Part shown: piece by piece, positions 52,813-63,890 of the stretch
How the letters are laid out: the number at the start of each line of letters is the position of its first letter
Numbering within the stretch: the stretch's first letter is position 1
NCBI GenBank assembly: GCA_035084275.1
Contig: CM068742.1
Coordinates: 103,602,001 to 103,666,000, forward strand
DNA length: 64,000 bases
Reading direction: 5' to 3'
Origin: Hydrolagus colliei
Lineage: Eukaryota
The notes under the pieces: model-generated
Seen by the model: only the letters and a program-made list of their open reading frames with translations
What the model was told of the DNA's origin: nothing
The model's database searches: none
Position numbers and translations under genes: made by a program

Positions 52813-53848
52813 CGTGCACTTGTTTGGCTTTTCCCCCGAATGCACCCTCATGTGTATCAAAAGTTTATAGCGGGCGTTGAACGGCTTGTATCTGCGTGGG
52901 CAGCCAGCCCAGAAGCAAGTGAAGTCCTCTCCTTTGCGCTGGTCTATATGCGCCTTCTCGATGTGCCTCACCAGCTCCTCCTGCTCGTCATACACGCCGC
53001 TGCAGTCTATCCACCGGCAACAGTGCTTCCCGTTGACATTCGATGGCTCCCCGTCCTCGTCTGGCTGGGCTCCCTGTGGCGAGGGCTGGCCTTGCTGCTG
53101 CGCGAGGCTCAGGAGGTGCTGGTGGGCATGGTAAGGTGGAGGGGGGCCTTGGGGCAGAGCAGGCATCTCCATACCCGCAGAGAACTCGTCCAGCTGTTCG
53201 TTCTTAAACATGTCATACTGTTGGTTATCTAGCACGGAAATACTTTGTTGGACAACCATGTTGTTCATTACCATGGGCTGCAGGGGCGACTGCTCCAGGT
53301 GCTGCATGCGCTGGTACACACCGTTGCTGGTTTCGATGTCGGTGAGTGTAAAGAGACTGCGCTGGTTGCCCACGGAGCTGTAGGACTGGGGGATGCAGCT
53401 ACCTCTCACTCCGAGGAAATGCCCGCACACTTCAGGCTGAGGGGAGACATTAGCTGGAGATGCCCTGGACCCATTGATGTACGCCACCAGGGAGGTGGGG
53501 GAGGTACGAATGATAAGGTCGATACCCACTCCATCAGAGAAGGGGGAGGTGGAAAGACCTCGCTTCCTGGAGCGCGCGGAGTTGGAGCGGGCCGAGTTAC
53601 GGGAGCTGTTCTCATTCCCAAACAGGTATGAAGGCAGCGAGTTAGAGGTGCTGTTATTGGACATGGCGGTGCCAGGAGGTATACTCAGCATGTCTCCCAG
53701 CTCGCTGCCGTTCTGGGAACCTTGGTTTGACGGGAGCGATGGAAGGATTGGGTAACCATGAGGCCACTCTTGCTTCACGCTCAAGGTTGACTGGCTTTCT
53801 ATAAGGCTGAGTGTAGCGGAAGCCAGTGATCCACCCGAGGTAATGGAT
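52813..53848 (-). CDS. GLIS3: GLIS family zinc finger 3, large internal coding exon (equivalent to mammalian exon 4)
   Basis: Translation contains KQEW...GSQNG, SNSLPSYLFG, IIRTSPTSLVAYINGSRASPAN.SPQPEV.GHFLGVRGSCIPQ, GPPPPYHAH and C2H2 fingers GKHCCRWIDC...HIEKAHIDQRKGEDFTCFWAGCPRRYKPFNARYKLLIHMRVHSGEKPNKCT, matching GLIS3 as I recall it. Acceptor (minus strand) tctctccttcgctttgttttAG|ATCC at 53849/53848; donor TGCACG|GTAAGT at 52813/52812. 1036 nt = 1 nt + 345 codons. Confidence 0.97.
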
Positions 53849-54511
53849 CTAAAACAAAGCGAAGGAGAGAGAGACAATGTAAAAATCGTACTCGTCGTCA
53901 CAAACATCTTTTTACAGGTGGCAAAACATCAGCTGTCATTGCAAATATCTGTTTCACTGGAAAGTGGTGCTTTGAAGTTAGTTTAATCTAACCTAATTAT
54001 GCAATTTCCTTTTCAGTGGGAAGGAGCCTAATTGTTGCAGACTGGAAGTTCAAGTTTCATAAAGCAAAGCTCCCTTCCTTTGAAGTTATCAGAAAGGGTT
54101 TAGCTGTTGTATTGTGTCTCGTCCTCTGGCTTTGCACAGGATCAGCCTCAGTTGAAAAACTCTGCACAATTTGAGCGGTCTGAAGGCAGTCCTAACTCTA
54201 ACCAATCTAAACTTTCAAGCAATTATGCTATTAGAGAACAGATATAATGGGACTCTCCGAAACACAGGATTTGATGTCTGCAATGCTTTTTCTTTTTACA
54301 AGCTGAGAAGGAAGTACATTTAAAAGGAAGCCAAACACAGCATTCAGTCCAACAAAACATTTATGTGTAAAAAGAGAAACTTATTGGATGGGTATGAAAA
54401 TCTATGCTCAGGGAAGGGCAGGATAAAAAAGTACATTAAATAGAAAGTGCATTTATATAGAAACAAAAGAACGCCGGTTCTATTTTGCAAAGAACTGTGG
54501 CTTTGTTTTCA

Positions 54512-54850
54512 TAGCAACAACTCGCGTTTATATAGCGCCCTTCACACACACTGGGTAATGTCTTAGAGTGCTCAAAAATTGTGTAGTTTCACACAAAGAT
54601 GGGGAGGTGACCATAGACACAGTCAAAGGGGAAAGTCTTCAGGTGCGATTTGAAGACGGATAAGAGGGGACTTGGTGGAGGCATGGAAGCAGGGAGTTCT
54701 GGAGATTTGGGGCATTGTGGCTGAAGGGTCAGGAGCGAAGGGCACTAGGGATATACAGGAGGCATGAGCCAGACAAGTGAAGGGGGCAGATAGAGGAGTA
54801 AGTTGTGAGCAGGTTGGAGAGTTAGGGAAATGTGAGAGCGTATTCTTGAA
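54512..54850 (-). mobile_element. L2 3' fragment (old)
   Basis: caacaactcgcgtttatatagcgcccttcac...aaagtcttcagg...agggagttc. Confidence 0.7.
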
Positions 54851-55049
54851 AACAAAAACAAAATCCATTTAGAAAATCCACACAAATGTATGCTGATCTT
54901 GCAATAGAAATACTGTAATAATAAACATATATTTCAACTTTCATTTATTTTCTGCGGGATCAACATATATAATCAGTCAAACTAACTTTTAATATGTTAA
55001 AAAGTCTTTATTATGATAACGAAATTCGCAATAAAAAACCAAACAGGCA

Positions 55050-55215
55050 TGATTTAAAGCCTTCCACGAAGAATGGCACCTCCGACAAAGCAGCACATCC
55101 CCAACACTGCACTGAAGCGTCAGCCTAGACTACAAGTTCAAAATCCTGATGTGGGGCGCGAACCCACAACCTTTTGACTACCAAAAGTGCTAACAACTGA
55201 GTCCGGCTGACACCT
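55050..55215 (-). mobile_element. Old Deu-SINE 5' fragment
   Basis: ggcacctccgacaaagcagcac...gtcagcctagac...gaacccacaaccttttgact...caactgag. Confidence 0.7.
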
Positions 55216-55876
55216 TTAAGTAGTGAGGACATCTCTTATTGAAAGAATAAGTTGAGAGATCTGACAAGCTAGAGGAAATAGAATACAGTAATAAAGTGTA
55301 GTTACATGATTGCTGAGTTATTACTGTATACAGTACTTACTGACTTTAATAAGGCCCAATAACATGCTGCAATAAAGTTATATTAAGCACTCTGAGACGC
55401 TGCCCCGCATGGAGGGCGCTATATAAATGCAAGTTGTTGTTGTTACAAGCACTCAGTGGTTCTCAGCTGTTTGGAACCTTATGGATTGACTTTATGGCCT
55501 TCAGTATCTTCTCTGATTTCAAATAGGACACTAACACCTCTTCCATCAACAAAACTGCCCCCGAGAAGCTTAGATTCACCTTTCATGACAAACACTTAAT
55601 TTGCCCTGAACGACCCTTAGCTCTCAAGTAAGCCCAAGTCCGTCTAAGCCTTTGATGCTGCTCCACATCTGGGAAGTGTCTCCGAGCACCTCTCTCACAC
55701 CTACAGACATCATATAAGGAAAGGCCTTGTTGGATAGAATCCTTCTCTCATCTCCAGCCCACAACCTTTCTTTCTTCATCACCACCTTTCGCTCTTCATC
55801 ACAACCTGATTAAATGTTGTATGAAAGCAAAACGCATCCGGTGGGTTTGGAGTCATCTAGGGGTTGGTAGATTGAG

Positions 55877-56250
55877 ATAATAATAATAATCCTTCCATCT
55901 GATATAGCAACTTTTTATGTCTTCTCAATCACTCAAAGCAGTTCACGGAAAACTGTGAAGTGAATTGACTATACTTTGTGGGTGAAACATGGCAGCCAAT
56001 TGCGGGCAGCAGTGTCCCACAAATAATCGGGGTTTGAAGTGACTAATTTATTATTATGATTTCTTAAAAGAATTATTACCCCTGGAAAAGTGATCCACCA
56101 ATCCACTAACACCATGGTTCCTTATTGTTAGGTAAACAGAGATGTGTGGAATAAGGAAACTTGCCCATTATTTTGCCTTGCTGGAATCAAACCCAGGTCC
56201 TCTCGCTTGCGAGGCAAGTTCTCCAACCACTAAGCTACAGAACTCCACAA
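55877..56250 (-). mobile_element. tRNA-derived SINE (long subfamily)
   Basis: Full reverse-complement copy from (AAT)n to ...aagctacagaactccac. Confidence 0.85.
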
Positions 56251-56479
56251 GATGAAAGGAAGCTACAGAGCAAATACAATGAAAAAATGCGACTTTTCAT
56301 AATTGATTCAATGTGGTAATTGGCAAGGTCCTGGGAACCACGGTTGGGCCTAAGGATTTTCATGCTTCTAATCATGGAGAATGGCATAATCATGCGGCTT
56401 ATCAGTATAACTCAGCCAGTAACCTTTAGAGAACCACCAAAATGCTATATGTGGGGGGTCAGTATTCATGTGCTATATG

Positions 56480-57065
56480 TGGGGTCACAGCAGCCAATTG
56501 CACATAGGGGTGTCCCACAAACGGTCATGGATTGAGTGACCAATCCAATCCCACAAAAAAACTTTTTGTTTTTAGAGATTATTAATAATAATTTTAATCG
56601 TTGTATTTGATATAGCACTTTTCACATCTCGAAAGCATTTCACAGAATACTGTAATGTGAATTGACTAAATATTTGTAGGGAAAACGCGGCAGCCAATTG
56701 CGCATAGCAGTGTCCCACAAATAGTCCTGGATTGAAACGACTGATTTATTACTTTTTTTGCAAGGGATTATTATCGGGTGTTTGGAGTAAGGAAACTTGC
56801 CCAAGGTTTTGCCCTGCCTGAAACCGAACCCAGTTCTCCTGATTGCAAGGCGAGTGCTCTAACCACTGAGCTACTACAGGAGTGCGTGATTTTCCCCAGA
56901 AAGGGATCTGCCAATCAACTAGCAACTGGGTTCCTACCTACTGGTAGGTAAAAAGAGGTGTGTGGGAGTAAGGAAACTTGCCAAAGGATTCGCATTACCA
57001 GGGAATTGAACCCGGGTCCTCTCACTTGTGAGGCAAGTGAGCTAATCACTAGACTGCAGGACTCC
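56480..57065 (-). mobile_element. Nested SINEs: short-subfamily copy (about 56585-56880) inserted into a long-subfamily copy
   Basis: Two tRNA heads (about 56880 and 57065); Deu part of the outer copy at about 56480-56545. Confidence 0.75.
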
Positions 57066-58579
57066 AGGACTCAGCGTTGAAACATACAAAGATGCCCTTG
57101 ATTTGTAAGGAACTACTAATGTAGATAATTCCATGATACACTTCATTGGTTATTTATACATGCATTTCAACAGTGTTAGCCCCTCACCCATGGGCTATTA
57201 GCCCAACCTGCACTTTGGAGCCAGAATGGAACCAGATACCTTGACCCCTGAATGGAGGACTATCATTTGGTGAAGTGACTGGAGGGTGGTCAGCACCCCG
57301 GAAACCACACGGCAGCAATAATAAGTGTCTTCAAGGGAGACGGGCAAAAAATTGTAGGGTGAAAATAATCAAAGAAAAAAATGAAAATAGATTTTTTTGG
57401 GGGTTTTAACAGTAAATAGTGCTGATGCCCAAGAAGCATCCGCTTTATTTAGCAGCCATCCAAAGGGCCATGTGAATGAGAAACTGATGCCCACTCATGT
57501 CTCTGCTTGTTTATGCCATCTGCGTGTTGCAATTTTAGACCCTGTATATATTATAAGTGTATATTTAATGTCAGAAATAAACAAATTGGCTTCCCAGAGG
57601 GCTAAAAAGGTCCATTCACAGGCAAGTTGTTTAAATCTTTACTTTCACTAATTGTAACAATATAAATTTGCATTTATATAGGAAGACGTCCCAAAGCACT
57701 TAACAGTACCAATTGGGCAGCAGAGCTGGGTATTGGAGCTGAAAGCAGATGGGAAGGGGAAAGGTGAATGAAGGCATTATCACAGAGATGGACCTTGAAT
57801 GAGGTTAGAGAAGGATCTATCCAGTCAGAATGACTTCAGGGTGGAGTTCCAGAAAATGGGGCGAGATAGGCTGGGCTTGGTTTTGTTTAGCCTCAATTGG
57901 GGCACAACACTCGGCACCTCCCCATCCTCCCCACACCCACCCACCACCCCCCACCACCCCAACCACACACACATTGCTGCCGCCATCACCACTAGCGAAT
58001 GACTGATCCAAAGCCACAGACGTTCCAAGTCCAGATCTGATACAAGCAGAGAATAAGGTAATGTTTACAAATGACGCAGGCGAGAAAAATGTCCACTGGT
58101 TGCCCTTGACCGTGTTTGTTCATACCCAAAACTCCTTACCTTAGACATATTTGAAATTCCTGCATACATTAGCTAGTTCGGGAGAAAAGAATTATAATTA
58201 GTGGTGCAAGTGTCAGAGATACAGCTAAAAACAATCTCCCTCTTTTGTTTGCTTGCCACCATGTGACTTCAAGGTACATAAATTTCATTTTTTTTTGTTA
58301 GATAACTGCTTGCTTTCATTCTGTCAATGGATAACCTGGTGTTGTATGTGTGTGTATGTGTGCAGGGTGGGGGGGAAGTGGGAACTGAAATCAACTGAGC
58401 TTGAAGACTCTATCCTCGGGGTCACTTCATGACCAAGTAGTGAATTTTTTAAAATATACAATAGAGCCACAGTTTAAAAGAACAATGGATGCAGTTTAAG
58501 ACTTGTGCTTGAACCGCAATCTTTTTATTTCTAGATCCGATAGGCCTAAAATTCCACTTACTCTCAAACTATATCTTAA

Positions 58580-58900
58580 AATAATAATAATCCTTCCATT
58601 TGATATAGCGCCTTATCATGTTTTTGAGACATCTCAAAGCATTTCATAGAGTGCTACACCGTAAAGTCAATTTGTGTATTTTGTGGCCCAAACGAGGCAG
58701 TCCATGGCTTGAGAAACCACACGATATTTGAGAGGTTATTACCCCTGGAAGTGGTCCCCCAATCGATGAACAATCGGGTTCCCACTTATTGCAAGGTAAA
58801 CAGAGGAGAGTGGAGCAAGCAAACTTGCCTATGGTTTTGCCCTGTCCGGCAATTGAGCCTTGGTCCTCTCGTTTGACCGCCATGCTGTGGGACTCCACAA
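58580..58900 (-). mobile_element. tRNA-derived SINE (long subfamily), degraded
   Basis: aataataatccttccatttgatatagcgcc...ggtaaacagagg...aaacttgcc...ggactccac. Confidence 0.75.
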
Positions 58901-59669
58901 GTCATACTCTTGCCTCACTATGTCTTTCGCCATCTTCGCTTGGCCCTTACTCCCTTCCTCAGCATCCAGCCCTGCCAGTTTGCAGCCTTCCAAAGACGCT
59001 ATCCAGTGTGAAGGGCACTATATGAATGCACCATAACATGCAAGGCCATTTTGTTTTAGATTGTAAGTTATATGGAATTGTGAAAAATCCTCATAACAAG
59101 TCTTAATATAGTCTTGAGCTTGAAGACTCTATCCTCAGGGTCTTGTTTACACAATCTACGCAGGAAAGACTCTATCCCATCCCACACCACACTACCTCTT
59201 CCTGTTCTTAAAATGAATCAAATTAAACCTCAGTTAAAGATTTTTCCAACAATTCTGCGCCAACTTACATTTTAAGACAAAATAGTCTTAAAGACTAAGG
59301 TTATCTGGAATTTCAGCTACTCAGGATGCTTGTGGGAGGGTTAAACAAAATAAATAAAAATGACATGATACATTCCGAGCTTTAAACCACTGGCATGTTT
59401 GTCCACTGTCCTTGAATTCTAAAGTATATTGTGGGAGTGAAACTCAAAGGATACATAAGGGAATTCAAATAATTATTAACGGAAGCTGAAAGCAACTCTC
59501 AAACTAAAATTCATATCACCTTTCAATAAAAGAATATTTAAATCGAACAAGATTTAATATGCTGCCAACTTTACACAGTGAAACACAAGCTGAATTGTTT
59601 TTAATTGAAGAGCGCTTGCACTAACTTGAGGCATTACTGCATTCCAGAGAACCTCCGTCCTCTCAGAGA

Positions 59670-60070
59670 GTCAGCCTGGTTCTGTTGATTCGTACTCTCG
59701 CCTCTGAGTCACAAGATTGTGGTTCAAGCTCCATATTGGGACTTTGAACTCATATAGTCTAAGATGATACCACAATGGAGTGCTGCAAGTGGGTCGTAAG
59801 TGCCGCCTTCCGATAAGACATGAAATCAAGGTACTGCTCAGTCTGTTCAGCTGGATGTTAAAGATCCTGCAATGCTACATGAAAAGAGAAGGGAGTCCCA
59901 ATGCTATGACCAACAATCTTCCAAATAAAATTGGTTCTTCCCTTTGAGGATGTTTGTCTACAAATGGGCTGCCATTTACATCTACAAAATACGCAGTTGC
60001 TCCACTTTACAGTGCATCCTGTAAAGCATTTTGAGATGTTCTCCTATATCAAATGTAAGGATTATTATTA
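59670..60070 (+). mobile_element. Old Deu-domain SINE
   Basis: ctctcgcctctgagtcacaagattgtggttcaag...ctgttcagctggatgttaaagatcc. Confidence 0.75.
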
Positions 60071-60186
60071 AGGAAAGTTTTAGAAATGTTAACATGTCAA
60101 AAGGATGGTATTCTTAGAATCTAAAATCACAAGCTCATTTGATCTCATGTTCTCAGAGCATTCCATTCTTCCCTTTTCCCATTATA

Positions 60187-60544
60187 CAGTACAACCTATG
60201 ATATCCGGCACCCTCGGGACCTGCCCAGTGCCGGTTAATCAAATATGCCGGATATTCGAGCGGCAAGTTGCCGAAAATCCTACACAAAAAATTAACTTAT
60301 TTTAAAACATATCATATGAATAATAGACTAAATAATAACAGCATATTGTATGGATACTTACCAATAAAGCATTCCAGCACAGTCAGTAAAATGATAGGTA
60401 AAAAAGCATTCCAGTGTTCGGTAAGTCTAATAAGTGCGCAAAGTGAGCCTACCGCGAGTGTCCCGGATCTCCCAATACAATTGGGACATATCGGTTGGTT
60501 GAGTATGTCGGTTGGTTGGGTATCGGATAAACAAGATTTTACTG
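60187..60544. mobile_element. Tc1/mariner (Tigger/pogo-type) MITE
   Basis: TA|cagtacaacctatgatatccggcaccc ... gggtatcggataaacaagattttactg|TA: CAGT/ACTG termini, imperfect ~27-bp TIRs, TA TSD. Confidence 0.8.
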
Positions 60545-61264
60545 TACCATCAAGTTGTTTCTCAAATGAGTGCAGCATCCCAGCCTCAACCCCCTTTCCT
60601 GATAACCAGTTCTAGCTTAAGCTGGAGGGACTTTTTTTGTTGCGAAAGAACCATTGTGTTATTCCTTTTGGCAAGCTCATAAAGAGCTCATGTTGTTTCC
60701 TTAAAACATCAATTTTAAATCAAGAGTCATAAGAGAAGTTGTAATTTACTCATAAAACAGCCTATTTATGGGCATTTTGAGACTCCGAAACAAAGCTAAA
60801 TGCTGGCTTTGGTAAAATTGTAACTTAACTGATTGGCTGGACACTGGCATTATGAGGCTATTCCTGTTCTCACAGATATCACCAGAGGACGCATTGCCAA
60901 GGACACCAAATGGCGCCTTCAGTAATGGATGAATTCATTGTACATTATTCTTCAAAATGCTCATTTTCAACAAAAGTTACATAAAAATAACTTGTGAAAT
61001 CCCAAGAGATATATCGTGTTTCAGAAAGTCATGAACCAAATATTTAAGGCTTTCACTTAATTTCTTGAGCAGCAGGAATACTCGTTGACTCAGCAAGGAA
61101 GTGGTTATATGTTTTGCTTTGCTAGATAGAAGTGAAATGTAACTAAATGAGGAAAGGATCTAAAATTGCAGCTGCATATTTAAAAGCAGGATTGGAATTG
61201 GAAAACAGCCAAGTAAAGGGGCAAAAGGGATATGTGTTTTATTGAATGGGGGCATTTATTGAAT

Positions 61265-61570
61265 TGGAGTCTTGTAGCTCAGTGGTTAGAGCACTTGCCT
61301 TACAAGTGAGAAACCTGGGTTCAATTCCAGGAAGGACGAAACCTTGGGGAAGTTTCCTTACTCCACATGCATAATAATATTCCCTCAAAAAAAATTGGAC
61401 ATTTCAATCCATGACTGTTTGTGGGACACTGCTGTGCGCAATTGGCTGCAGCATTTTACCCATATATATACAGACAATTCACCTTCCAGTATATTTTGTG
61501 AAGCGCTTTGAGATGTCTATATAAAAGATGTGAAAAGCGCTATATCAAATGCAAGAATTATTATTTATTA
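61265..61570 (+). mobile_element. tRNA-derived SINE (short subfamily)
   Basis: tgtagctcagtggttagagcacttgccttacaagtgag...gggttcaattcc...tail. Confidence 0.9.
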
Positions 61571-62056
61571 TGAATGACATTTGAAATAATCAGGAAGCTT
61601 TGTTGAATCCATATGAGACTGTGGTAAGATCATCAAAGGAATCATGCGGTAAAGGAAACAACAGAATCATAATAAAGCAGGCATCCCGCAAACCAGAAAT
61701 CTAAGGTTACTCAGATGCAGCAATTAAGTAGAGTGAGTGTGTGTGTGTGTGTGCCATTCAATATCTTCAAGATTGTTAAATTAACCATTGTGTGTTAAGT
61801 GACACATTGCAGCATTCCCAAATTTTAGTGCTTTTAGGCATCCCATTATAAAGTATTTTTTTAAAGATTGCATCGATGTATTATGAAGCTGTTAGGCATG
61901 AGATCATATTTCATAGGATTACTTAAAATCTATAGGATTGATGCAGACCAAGCTGCCCAACTAGGGAGCAGGAAATAGGAGGAAGTAAATGGTGAGGAGA
62001 CACATATGCAGTCTAACTACCAGTATGGACTAATTGGGGCGAACGCCCAGTTTTTA

Positions 62057-62165
62057 CCCTTGTAAAAAAGTACCATGGAAATGGTGGTAGTACCATAGTA
62101 GTACCATGGTACTACCACCATAACCATGGTACTACCACCATTACCATGGTACTTTTTAACAAGGG
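62057..62165. mobile_element. 109-bp palindromic CMC/EnSpm-like MITE
   Basis: TA|CCCTTGTAAAAAAGTACCATGG ... CCATGGTACTTTTTAACAAGGG|TA, interior made of GTACCATGGT/TACCACCAT repeats. Confidence 0.8.
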
Positions 62166-63039
62166 TATGTACATGTATTCATGCCTGCATTCATAATCCG
62201 ACAGAAACTCCATGCCTTATAATCCAACCGCACCACTCCCCAGCCATCATTGCCCCTTCCTCATTTGTGTAGTTATGAAAAGTTTAAGAAAACTGGGCTG
62301 TATTTGGTGGAGTGGAGCATTAAACAGGGCCTAATACAAGCGGTGATAATTCTGAAAGGTTTGAGTGGGTAAATAGTGAACGATTTTCATAGTGTTCATC
62401 CCAAGATTTAAAAAGTTGAGGCAAAAGAGAAAAAAGGAGGGGAGATTAGAGTGGATGCCTTCAGTGGGGAGAATGTATGGAACAAGGACAATGTGTGGAA
62501 GGGTTTCATTTTGTGCTGAAATTGCCATGCTTTTCTTAATTTCCTTCCGCTTTGGGTACAAATATTTTTGGATAGATGTCAAATGCTAATGTGCATAAGG
62601 GATACAGAGAAAGATGTAAAGTGGGAGAATTTTTTTTAAAAAGGTGATTTTGAAAAATGGACAGACCAAATGACCTTGTTTTGTGCTGAACATTTTGAGG
62701 TTTCCATAATATTAATAATAATAATAATGATCCTTGCATTTGATATAGCACCTGATCATGTCTTTGAGAGCTTCACAGAATATACTATAAAGTAAATTGA
62801 CTGTATTTTTGCAGCAAAATTGTTTTACAAATAGTCAACTGTCTTGCTATTTTTTAACGGTATTCATCAGCTATGCTGCTTCTCCTGTGCTGCTGGCTGA
62901 AAGTACACCCATTAGGCGCTGTCAGCATTAATTGTCACAATTTTCACACAGCGTACTTGGAGGATAAGCAGAAAAGGAAATCAGCCGCTGTGTAAGCTTA
63001 TGGTTCAAATAATTTCCCAGGTTCCACACAAAATTTCTG

Positions 63040-63213
63040 AGAAAGGGGGAATTAGATCTTTATTTAGGGAGAACAGGTCTATTAGGCTATGGGGAGCGGG
63101 CAGGGCAGTGGGATTGAATCGCTCTTTTCAAAGAGCCGGCACAGACTAGATGGGCCGAATGGCATCCTTTTGTGCCGTAAAATTCTATGAATCTATGAAT
63201 CTATGAATCTATG
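63040..63213 (+). mobile_element. CR1 LINE 3' end
   Basis: Same family as 15165-15787; (AATCTATG)n tail. Confidence 0.9.
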
Positions 63214-63301
63214 ATGTAGGGCTAAATAAAGAGTCTATGAAAAACATGCGATTTGTGAATGGCCCCTACTTTCTGCCTATTCCAAAGAATGAGATCAGTG
63301 A

Positions 63302-63460
63302 TACAACAACAAGAACAACAAAATTACATTTATAGAGCGCCTTTCACGTCCCAAGGCGCTGAACAGTTAGGTCGGGACCCGAGCAGGGGGCGAAGGGTTG
63401 GGGTTGGGGCAGGGGGACGGAGAGCAGGAAAGGTGGGGGGGTTAGGAGGGCAGCAAATAG
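63302..63460 (-). mobile_element. L2 family B tail fragment
   Basis: caacaacaagaacaacaaaattacatttatagagcgcctttcacgtcccaaggcgctg. Confidence 0.8.
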
Positions 63461-63654
63461 CAGTAGTCTTACCAGGGGTAAGGAACAATACTCTGCAAAG
63501 TTCAGCAATCTAGTAGATTTACGTGACCAGTAGATCTTGGAATTACTGGTTAAAGTAGCTTGACAGTTACTGTAAGAGCAATATGACCAGTGCAGGTTAA
63601 GCAGGTCTGTGCATCTAATGAGCCATTTGGGCAGGTCAATGCTAATGAACCAGA

Positions 63655-63890
63655 TTGCTCCCTACTAGTGGTGTAGTCGGTTAAAGGCATCATCTGGGCA
63701 CAACTTGGCTGGGCAGCTCGAGAAATTGTGCTTTCTAGTCAGCTGATGTCAACCAGGGCAGTTGTTGGAGAACTATAATTGGGCTCAGGAACTCTTAGCA
63801 TTGGATAGAAAAATAGGAAATCAGTCAGTGCTCCTGTTACTTCTGCTATCTGGGGATTCACCCTGTGCTGGAAAGTGGATATAGTGTTTG
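63655..63890 (+). mobile_element. Old SINE of a third family, degraded
   Basis: tRNA-like gtggtgtagtcggttaaagg then agctgatgtcaaccagggcag...ctataattgg...gctggaaagtg; possible related fragments near 25975-26070 (-) and 45490-45580 (+). Confidence 0.45.

Noticed and set aside
52801-53755. Plus-strand ORFs overlapping the GLIS3 exon
   Set aside because: Antisense shadows of a GC-rich coding exon with no recognisable protein features.
53849-53907. N-terminal MFVTTSTIFTLSLSPSLCF of the 380-aa ORF as a start of translation
   Set aside because: It is the polypyrimidine tract and acceptor of the intron; GLIS3 similarity begins at RSITS. Likewise VSAQSG... below 52813 is intronic.
58140-58224. Exon-like segment on the minus strand (ttgtttttag ... 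AAG|gtaagg) as the upstream GLIS3 exon
   Set aside because: In the phase required to join the large exon it contains a TAA stop and shows no similarity to the expected ...NNLVVTSSP...PPASQVS... peptide. The upstream exon was not identified in the window.
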